Under the pieces are notes generated by a model, which saw only the letters and a list, made by a program, of their open reading frames with translations, made no database searches and was not told the DNA's origin. From Minisyncoccia bacterium (GTDB lineage Bacteria; Patescibacteriota; Minisyncoccia; SW-4-49-11): a stretch of 50,891 bases of DNA. Shown here piece after piece: positions 44,161 to 50,891 of the stretch (its first letter is position 1; the number at the start of each line of letters is the position of its first letter). The stretch lies in the NCBI GenBank assembly GCA_044341565.1, contig JBIIRM010000006.1:1-50891 (forward strand), read 5' to 3'. The position numbers were made by a program, and so were the translations under genes.

Positions 44161-44383
44161 ATATATAACGATAGACTTGTTGAATATTATAGCTTATTAT
44201 TAAGAGAAAGTCAAGATATAATACCGTATTGTTGAGGGAGGGTTATTTTTGAAAGTGAATTCAAAGTGAATTATAGCTTATACTCAATCTTTAATGGGGA
44301 TATCTTTGCAAAAATCCTGCAATAGCGTATAATAAAATCAACTTATCCACAGATTATCAACATCATCAATTTAGACGATTGCA
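44161..44383. promoter_or_regulatory. dnaA upstream region with DnaA boxes and the dnaA promoter
   Basis: Perfect TTATCCACA at 44343-44351 and TTATCAACA at 44354-44362. Tandem AAAGTGAATT x2 around 44251-44272. TTTGCA, 17-nt spacer, TATAAT upstream of the boxes. Confidence 0.7.
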
Positions 44384-45826
44384 ATGGACGAGAAACAAAG
44401 AGTTTGGAACTCAGTATTAGGTGAGATAGAACTCAATATCAGTAAACCTCAGTTTAATACGTGGATCAAAAATACTTATCCCATAAGTATGGATGATAAA
44501 GAAATTGTAATTTGCGTACCAAGCGCCTTTACACGGGATTGGTTGGAAAATAAATTCAATGTTACTATCCTAAATTCTATTCAAAAGATTACCGGTTCTA
44601 TAAAACGGGTAAAATATGTAGTTCAGAATACACAAAAACAATCTCCTAAAGCTATTCAATCTGTTATTAACCTCAAAGATAAAGAATTAAAGGAGAAAAA
44701 ATCTCAAATAGAGGAGAAACAGAATACAGAAAATACTAATCCCAATTATCAGTATGCTGAGCCTACTATTATCCCAGCCAAGCCAAGTGGAACTGCTCTC
44801 TTAAAAGATAATTATACTTTTGAGAATTTTATTGTGGGATCCTCCAATGAACTTGCTCATGCTGCCGCTCAATCAGTTGCCAATGAGCCTGGAACTCGTT
44901 ATAATCCTTTATTTATTTATGGGGGTGTGGGGTTAGGGAAAACGCATCTTATTCAAGCTATTGCTAATAGTCTCAATAAAAAGAATAAGAATATTCTATA
45001 TGTTACCTCAGATGTATTCATCTCAGACTTGATGACTTCTCTCAAAAATGGACGTATGGAAGATTTTAAGGCTCGGCATAGAGCTGTTGATCTCTTGATT
45101 ATTGATGATATTCAATTTATTGGGGGTAAAGAAGCTACTCAATATGAGGTTTTCAACACCTTTAATGAGTTATATGCTCATAATAAGCAAATTGTATTCA
45201 CCAGTGACCGGCCACCAAGTGCTATCAAGACATTGAATGATAGATTAAAATCTCGATTCGAAGGAGGTATGATTGTGGATGTAGCTATTCCTGAATTTGA
45301 AACTCGTGTGGCTATTCTTAAAAGCAAATGTATTCAAAAAAGTTTTCATCTTGATGATGATATTATTTATGTTATTGCTGAGCGAATACGAAGTAATGTG
45401 CGTGAATTAGAGGGGGCTCTCAATAAAATTATTGGACGAGTACAACTACTTGGTACTAAAGTTACTCCTGAATTAGTAGATAAGTTAATTGAAGGAGGGC
45501 AAATTCATTCTCAGCGTATTGTGAATAGTGATATGATTCTCGATACCGTAGCTGAGCATTTCCATATTACCAAAGAAGATATATTATCTAAAAGTCGTAA
45601 AAAAGATATCGCAATACCGCGTCAAATTGCCATGTACTTAATTCGAGAGGAATTAAAGCTAACTTTTCCTAATATTGGAGAATTATTAGGGGGAAAAGAT
45701 CATAGTACGGTTATGCATGCTTGGAATAAGGTAAAAAAGGATATTGTAACCAATTATAGCCTAGAGCAAGATATAACATTATTAAAAAATAAATTATATA
45801 ATGAGGAGAATCCTGCATCTTCTTAA
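44384..45826 (+). CDS. dnaA: chromosomal replication initiator DnaA
   Basis: Walker A GGVGLGKTHL, then LLIIDDIQF, and the C-terminal DNA-binding domain (IAIPRQIAMYL...GGKDHSTVMHA). Confidence 0.97.
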   Translation: MDEKQRVWNSVLGEIELNISKPQFNTWIKNTYPISMDDKEIVICVPSAFTRDWLENKFNVTILNSIQKITGSIKRVKYVVQNTQKQSPKAIQSVINLKDKELKEKKSQIEEKQNTENTNPNYQYAEPTIIPAKPSGTALLKDNYTFENFIVGSSNELAHAAAQSVANEPGTRYNPLFIYGGVGLGKTHLIQAIANSLNKKNKNILYVTSDVFISDLMTSLKNGRMEDFKARHRAVDLLIIDDIQFIGGKEATQYEVFNTFNELYAHNKQIVFTSDRPPSAIKTLNDRLKSRFEGGMIVDVAIPEFETRVAILKSKCIQKSFHLDDDIIYVIAERIRSNVRELEGALNKIIGRVQLLGTKVTPELVDKLIEGGQIHSQRIVNSDMILDTVAEHFHITKEDILSKSRKKDIAIPRQIAMYLIREELKLTFPNIGELLGGKDHSTVMHAWNKVKKDIVTNYSLEQDITLLKNKLYNEENPASS

Positions 45827-45841
45827 TTATATAAAAGTAAA

Positions 45842-46156
45842 TGTGTATAAGCTGTGTATAACTTATATACAATCCCTCTATTTCTGTGAATAATATTGTG
45901 TATAAATAGAACTTAATCCACAGAGATTTTCTACACATAATCTTATCCCCAAAGTTTACAGATACTTATCCCAAATGATATCCCCACTTGACACCCAGTA
46001 TTTATGCTATCAAAAACCAGTTTTAAGCTTTTCCACACATACTACTATCTACTATTATACTTTATATAAATAAAGGACAAGAACACAAATAAACTAGAAA
46101 AAAGAAATTATTCAAGGTATAATATATATATAGAAATGAAATAAGATAGAGAAGAT
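45842..46156. promoter_or_regulatory. oriC candidate: DnaA-box array plus AT-rich unwinding region
   Basis: TGTGTATAA (the reverse of TTATACACA) at 45842, 45853 and 45897. TGTGAATAA at 45885, TAATCCACA at 45914, TTATCCCCA at 45943, TTATCCCAA at 45966, ATATCCCCA at 45978 and TTTTCCACA at 46029. A very AT-rich stretch follows at 46040-46150. Confidence 0.8.
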
Positions 46157-47266
46157 ATGAAATTCACCTGTTTGCAAGAGAATCTTTTAAAAGGACTAAG
46201 TATAGCTCGGCAGAGTTCTTCTCGGGCTACAACTTTACCTGTTTTACAAACGTTTTTATTACAAGGAGATAAAGGGTCTCTCACAATTAGCTCTACAAAT
46301 TTAGAAATTGGAATACGGGTACATATTAGAGGAAAAGAAGAAGCAGAAGGAGCTATTTGTATTCCACAAGATACATTACTTGCCTATATTCGAAATTTAC
46401 CACAAGATAAATTAGATTTGACGGTAGTAGATGATAAACTCACTATAGAACAAGGAAAGGATATTACTGCTGAATTCAAAGGTATTATTGCAGATGAATT
46501 TCCTCAACTTCCCCAAATAGAAGCAGATAAACAATTAATAGTTGGGAGTATAGAATTAAAGCAAGCTCTCAAAACAGTATATGGAGCTTTACCTAAAAAT
46601 GATTTTCGCCCTGAAATATCCGGAGTATATATTGCAAAAAAAGATCAGCAATTAATTTTTGTAGGAACTGATGGATTTCGACTTAGTGAAAAGAGAATTA
46701 CATTATCAAGTCCTGCTGAAGAGAATTTTTCTCTTATTATTCCAAGTAAAACAGTAGCAGAAATTATTCGGGTATTAGATTCCCTAGAAGAAAGTGAAGT
46801 AACATTACAATTTGGAGCTTCTCAAATACATATTGTCGCTGATAATGTTGAAATTGTTTCAAAACTTATTGAAGGGAATTTCCCCCAATATGAAGGACTT
46901 ATTCCCCAAATATTTCAAACTGTTGTTGATGTAGATAGTCAGGAATTAGTACAGGCTATAAAATTAGCTTCAGTATTCTCTCAGAATACCGTACATGATG
47001 TCAAATTAACGATACAAGATGATAGTACTTTGAGTATTAGTTCTTCTGATTCTCAAGTTGGAGCTAATAAAACCAAATTACCAGTACATAGTACGGGCGG
47101 AACTGGTCTGGCTATTGCATTTAATTATAATTATCTTTTAGATGGTATACAATTATTTGGTGATAAGCCAATACAATTCAATGTCAATGATACGGATTCT
47201 CCGGTTATTCTCAAAAGTCCCGATATTCCAGATTTCTTTTATCTTATAATGCCAATTCGAGATTAA
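46157..47266 (+). CDS. dnaN: DNA polymerase III beta sliding clamp
   Basis: 369 aa with a three-domain clamp pattern. Lies directly downstream of dnaA. Confidence 0.93.
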   Translation: MKFTCLQENLLKGLSIARQSSSRATTLPVLQTFLLQGDKGSLTISSTNLEIGIRVHIRGKEEAEGAICIPQDTLLAYIRNLPQDKLDLTVVDDKLTIEQGKDITAEFKGIIADEFPQLPQIEADKQLIVGSIELKQALKTVYGALPKNDFRPEISGVYIAKKDQQLIFVGTDGFRLSEKRITLSSPAEENFSLIIPSKTVAEIIRVLDSLEESEVTLQFGASQIHIVADNVEIVSKLIEGNFPQYEGLIPQIFQTVVDVDSQELVQAIKLASVFSQNTVHDVKLTIQDDSTLSISSSDSQVGANKTKLPVHSTGGTGLAIAFNYNYLLDGIQLFGDKPIQFNVNDTDSPVILKSPDIPDFFYLIMPIRD

Positions 47267-47270
47267 ATAT

Positions 47271-48791
47271 ATGTTATCCCGAGTACAATCAGCAGCAACT
47301 CTAGGACTAAATGGGCAAAGAATAGAGATTGAAGTTGATATGACTCAGGGATTACCGGGTATTACTATAGTTGGATTACCTGATACCGCTATCAATGAAG
47401 CTAAAGAGCGTATGCGCTTAGGGCTTAAAAATAGTGGAATTGTTTTACCCCAAAAACGATTTGTACTTAATTTAGCCCCAGCTGAGGTAAAGAAAATTGG
47501 AACAGCCTATGATTTACCAATGGCTGTCGCTATATTAAAGGCTTTAGAAATAATTCAATTCCCAGAAAAGGAATATATTATTCTTGGGGAAATGGGATTA
47601 GATGGCTCAATACGAGGAGTACAAGGTATATTACCCATTGCAATATATGCTAAACAACAACAGATACCCTATATTATTATTCCAGCAGATAATGCCAAAG
47701 AAGCTTCTCTTGTCGAAGGAATTACTATTTTAGCAATTAATCATATTCAGGAATTAATTGATCATTTTGATACTAAAGTACATACACAAATCCAAGCCAC
47801 CCCTCCCTATAATTTTGTACCCCAACCTCATACATCTGATATTGATATGTCTTATATACGAGGACAAAAACTTGCTAAAAGAGCTTTAGAAATTGCAGCC
47901 TCGGGAGCACATAATATATTAATGACAGGTCCTCCAGGAGCCGGTAAAACATTATTATCTCGAACCATACCGACTATATTACCAATAATGGATCGTGAAG
48001 AAGTATTAGAAGTTTCACAATTATATAGTATTGCAGGAAATCTGAGTTCAGATAATCCACTAATAATTAGCAGGCCCTTTCGAGCACCACATCATACCGC
48101 ATCGTCCATTTCTTTAATCGGAGGCGGGAGTTTTCCTAAACCAGGTGAAATTAGTCTTGCTCATCGTGGAGTGCTCTATATGGATGAATTTCCGGAGTTT
48201 CCCCGATTAGTATTAGAAAGTTTACGGCAACCATTAGAGGATAGAGTTGTGACAATATCCAGGGCACAAGGATCTCTCACATTTCCTGCTGACTTTATGC
48301 TAATTGCTAGTCAAAATCCTTGTCCTTGTGGGTATCTTACCGATAATGATAGAGAATGTATTTGTTCTCAAGCTCAAATTGTACGCTATCAGCAAAAAAT
48401 ATCCGAACCATTACTGGATAGAATAGATATGATTATTCAGGTAGAAAAAGTCAAAACAGAAGAATTAATACAACCCTCAGAAGTATTAGAAGAATCATCA
48501 GAATCAATTCGTAATAGAGTAGAAAAAGCTCGCGCAATACAAAAAGAACGATTTCAACATATGGGAATTAAAACCAATAGTGAAATGAATATAAAACAAA
48601 TTCAAGAAATTTGTATATTAGATAAAGCTTCACAACATCTTCTTACCCAAGCTGTTACGAAAATGAATTTATCAGCCAGAGCCTATAATAGAATTCTCAA
48701 ATTATCTCGAACTATTGCGGATATTGCTCATTCAGAGAATATACAAATAACTCATATTGCAGAAGCCTTACAATATCGCGAAAAAATATAA
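47271..48791 (+). CDS. comM: YifB/ComM family Mg-chelatase-like AAA+ ATPase
   Basis: Lon-protease-like N-terminus, Walker A GPPGAGKT, GVLYMDEF, and the C-terminal ChlI-like region. Confidence 0.9.
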   Translation: MLSRVQSAATLGLNGQRIEIEVDMTQGLPGITIVGLPDTAINEAKERMRLGLKNSGIVLPQKRFVLNLAPAEVKKIGTAYDLPMAVAILKALEIIQFPEKEYIILGEMGLDGSIRGVQGILPIAIYAKQQQIPYIIIPADNAKEASLVEGITILAINHIQELIDHFDTKVHTQIQATPPYNFVPQPHTSDIDMSYIRGQKLAKRALEIAASGAHNILMTGPPGAGKTLLSRTIPTILPIMDREEVLEVSQLYSIAGNLSSDNPLIISRPFRAPHHTASSISLIGGGSFPKPGEISLAHRGVLYMDEFPEFPRLVLESLRQPLEDRVVTISRAQGSLTFPADFMLIASQNPCPCGYLTDNDRECICSQAQIVRYQQKISEPLLDRIDMIIQVEKVKTEELIQPSEVLEESSESIRNRVEKARAIQKERFQHMGIKTNSEMNIKQIQEICILDKASQHLLTQAVTKMNLSARAYNRILKLSRTIADIAHSENIQITHIAEALQYREKI

Positions 48792-49145
48792 TTAAAAACT
48801 TAAATTCTCAGAGTATTTACCAATAAGAGGAAGATCTTTTTCTTCTCCAGATAAGGCATTAATAATTCCAATAATAAATAAAATAAGAGAAAGAATACCA
48901 CCCAAAAAAGCAATTAACCAACCTAATATAGGAATAATCCCAAAAATACTTAGAGTAAAACTAAGAGCAGCAGCAAAAATTAATAAAGCGAGAGATTGTT
49001 TCATATGAAACTTTACAAAAGGAGAATCTTTTTCTACGGTAAAATATCCAATAATAAAGAGAAGATAACTAATAGCAGCAATATTCTTTTGCCTATCAGT
49101 TGGAACTACGGTTACTTTTTTAGAGGTCTTCGTTTCTTCACTCAT
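48792..49145 (-). CDS. DUF4870-like small membrane protein
   Basis: Contains NIAAISYLLFIIGYF...VKFHMKQSLALLIF, with 3 TM helices. Confidence 0.65.
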   Translation of the reverse strand: MSEETKTSKKVTVVPTDRQKNIAAISYLLFIIGYFTVEKDSPFVKFHMKQSLALLIFAAALSFTLSIFGIIPILGWLIAFLGGILSLILFIIGIINALSGEEKDLPLIGKYSENLSF

Positions 49146-49211
49146 AATAGTAATATTAATATATACGTTTAGTATATTCCTAATAGTACTATTTGTATAG
49201 GGGAATAAAAA

Positions 49212-50348
49212 TTATCGAGCTAAAGGATTACGAGCTCCTCTTACTTCAAAGTGAAGATGACATCCTGTTGAGTTACCAGTTGTCCCCATAGCTCCAAGAT
49301 ATTGACCTTTGGTGACAGTTGTACCAACTTGCAAAGCTCTACTACTAAGATGGCCATAAAGAGTTACTACTCCATTAGGATGAGTGATTTTAATATGATT
49401 TCCATATCCACCATTCCATCCATCTTGAGATGTGGTAATAGTTCCATCAGCAGAAGCATAAATAGGTGTTCCACAAGAATTACTAATATCTACACCATTA
49501 TTAGAGTGAATTCTTCCGTAATTATTTCCTGTTGTAGGGAATGCAAAATACCCATCATTGCTAGGAAGATTAGCTGATTGTACATTGGTAGCAGGAATTG
49601 ATTTTTTTGTAGCAACTTTCTTGGGTTGTACAGGCTCAGCCGTAGGGAAAGGTTTTTCCTCATTAGGAACAACTGCATTTGGGATAATAATGGTAGTTCC
49701 AAGAGCTAAATTATCTCCAATATTATTATAATCTCGTATAGTTTGCTCAGAAACATTATACCTTGAAGCTAAATCAGCTAAAGATTGTCCCTCTTTTAAT
49801 TCAACCTCAACACCATTTTCTGGAAGAATATCTAAATTAGTATTAATAGCAGGATTTTGTTTTAAGTCTTTAATATCATTTGCAATAGCGACAGTTTCGG
49901 ATGAAATACCAAATTTTTGTGCAATACTATCAATAGTATCACCTTGCTGCACCACATACCCTCTAACTACAGGAGTAGAGGCCTCCTTTGTATATCCTTC
50001 AGGTGCATTAAGACCATTGATAATATTAGTATCAACAACAGGAATATCAGTATTAGACTCTTCATCACTTGGAAGTCCAAGAATTCCATTTCCTTGAAGA
50101 ACACCAACAGATCCAAGAGATGCATCAAGGGGACCTCCTAAATTATTATTAGCAAGAAGAGTTGACCCAAGAGGAAGCTTTCCTGCATAGGCTATATTAC
50201 TGAATACAACTAATCCTACTACGAGGGTAAGAATAATCCAACTTATTTTATCTTGGCTATGCCTTGTGGCATTTTTTATGAATCGTGTCACCTGGTTTTT
50301 GGATAATTGAAAAACAGACGTACTAATAGGATTCTTAACTAAATACAA
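49212..50348 (-). CDS. LysM-domain M23 family peptidoglycan metalloendopeptidase
   Basis: Two LysM repeats (YVVQQGDTIDSIAQKFGIS and VELKEGQSLADLASRYNVS). M23 motifs GVDI and HLHFEVR. The ORF-track start is TTG, so the true start is uncertain. Confidence 0.88.
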   Translation of the reverse strand: MYLVKNPISTSVFQLSKNQVTRFIKNATRHSQDKISWIILTLVVGLVVFSNIAYAGKLPLGSTLLANNNLGGPLDASLGSVGVLQGNGILGLPSDEESNTDIPVVDTNIINGLNAPEGYTKEASTPVVRGYVVQQGDTIDSIAQKFGISSETVAIANDIKDLKQNPAINTNLDILPENGVEVELKEGQSLADLASRYNVSEQTIRDYNNIGDNLALGTTIIIPNAVVPNEEKPFPTAEPVQPKKVATKKSIPATNVQSANLPSNDGYFAFPTTGNNYGRIHSNNGVDISNSCGTPIYASADGTITTSQDGWNGGYGNHIKITHPNGVVTLYGHLSSRALQVGTTVTKGQYLGAMGTTGNSTGCHLHFEVRGARNPLAR

Positions 50349-50525
50349 GGAATTCGAACTTCAAAACGGAATAAACAGACTAATGTCTTGATTCAAAATC
50401 AACCTTGTCTAATGATTTTAGATTCAAAAATAGTATATAATAAATAGGTAAATTTGTCAATAAAAATACTATATTTTGGCTTATCTATAACAAATTATCT
50501 ACTCTAATATTATATATATGATACA

Positions 50526-50891
50526 ATGAATAAAGAAATATATAACTGTATGATAGAAAAAGAAGAAAAGCAGCAGGAAAAATTAGTTCAAAATGAATCG
50601 ATGGGATCGGAACTACAACAGCTAATAGCTATCTTATGGTGTAAACATAAGATTATTGTTATTAGTAGTATTATACTTATAACTTCATTCTTTATACCCT
50701 ATATATCCTTATTAATATGGTTAATTGTACTTCCTTTATGGATATGGGGTATTCGTAATATACCGTATATAAAAAAGAAAAATAAAGATAGGCCAAAATT
50801 AAGAAGATTATTATCAATAAGTATACTATTTATTAGTATTTATGCTTTATTTAGTATTGCTGCAATTGCCTATTCTAATAGTATTATTCCA
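50526..50891 (+). CDS. hypothetical membrane protein, 5' part (runs off right edge)
   Basis: The frame is open from ATG at 50526 to the window end (MNKEIYNCMIEKEEKQQEKL...), with three hydrophobic helices. Confidence 0.45.
   Translation, partial: MNKEIYNCMIEKEEKQQEKLVQNESMGSELQQLIAILWCKHKIIVISSIILITSFFIPYISLLIWLIVLPLWIWGIRNIPYIKKKNKDRPKLRRLLSISILFISIYALFSIAAIAYSNSIIP

Noticed and set aside
50349-50430. tRNA-like string (GGAATTCGAAC T-arm-like motif, 6-bp acceptor-like pairing) on the minus strand
   Set aside because: No proper D-arm or 7-nt anticodon loop can be formed, and the T-stem has only 3 bp. It also overlaps the 5' end of the M23 gene. At most it is a decayed tRNA fragment.
1-50891. 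CRISPR arrays, rRNA genes, IS elements, prophage, integrase or transposase genes, alternative genetic code (UGA as a sense codon)
   Set aside because: - No regularly spaced repeats or rRNA-like GC-rich blocks were seen.
- No ORF has recombinase, transposase or phage structural motifs.
- Long ORFs are intact under the standard code, and TGA terminates at least one well-delimited gene (38622-38831).

Overview
AT-rich window (about one third G+C by hand counts) from a small-genome bacterium. The gene content suggests Patescibacteria/CPR, which is inference only. Standard code 11 fits, because long ORFs are uninterrupted and TGA is used as a stop.

The window spans the replication origin: rpmH-rnpA-yidC on the minus strand, then dnaA-dnaN-comM on the plus strand. 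DnaA boxes fill the dnaA-dnaN spacer, and genes left of the origin are mostly minus-strand. Three parS-type palindromes lie 24-30 kb from oriC.

Housekeeping genes recognised from motifs:
- RNA and translation: pnp, rpsO, infB, rbfA, rsmA, typA, a SpoU methylase
- DNA repair and regulation: mutS, mutL, uvrD/pcrA, nrdR, yraN
- Other: dnaJ, cfa-like, yvcK

Envelope and surface genes:
- three O-antigen-ligase-like (Wzy_C) paralogs, a Wzx flippase, a GT2 and an orphan Wzt/TagH-like ATPase
- VanW, LD-carboxypeptidase, LysM-M23 and SLT enzymes
- a pilin N-terminus at the left edge

There is also a split VirB4-like ATPase locus followed by a TolB-like propeller. Seven tRNAs are present: Leu-TAG, Leu-TAA, Ala, Asp, His, Arg and Cys.

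The most unusual signal is a recurring architecture. Compositionally foreign GC-rich segments are each bracketed by direct repeats of the local host sequence (a tRNA 3' end, a tRNA promoter/leader, or a convergent gene junction).
- Two of these segments are noncoding-looking and highly structured, at tRNA-Leu and tRNA-Asp.
- Three carry GC3-rich orphan ORFs with their own TTGACA / extended -10 promoter and intrinsic terminator (26.9, 38.6 and 39.1 kb).
- No integrase or transposase is visible anywhere in the window.

Other candidates are two small promoter-to-terminator RNA units, a secondary DnaA-box cluster, an unlisted Pmp3/YqaE ORF and a tandem LOG protein with a degenerate second domain. 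All homology calls come from motif recognition by eye, and no database search was run.
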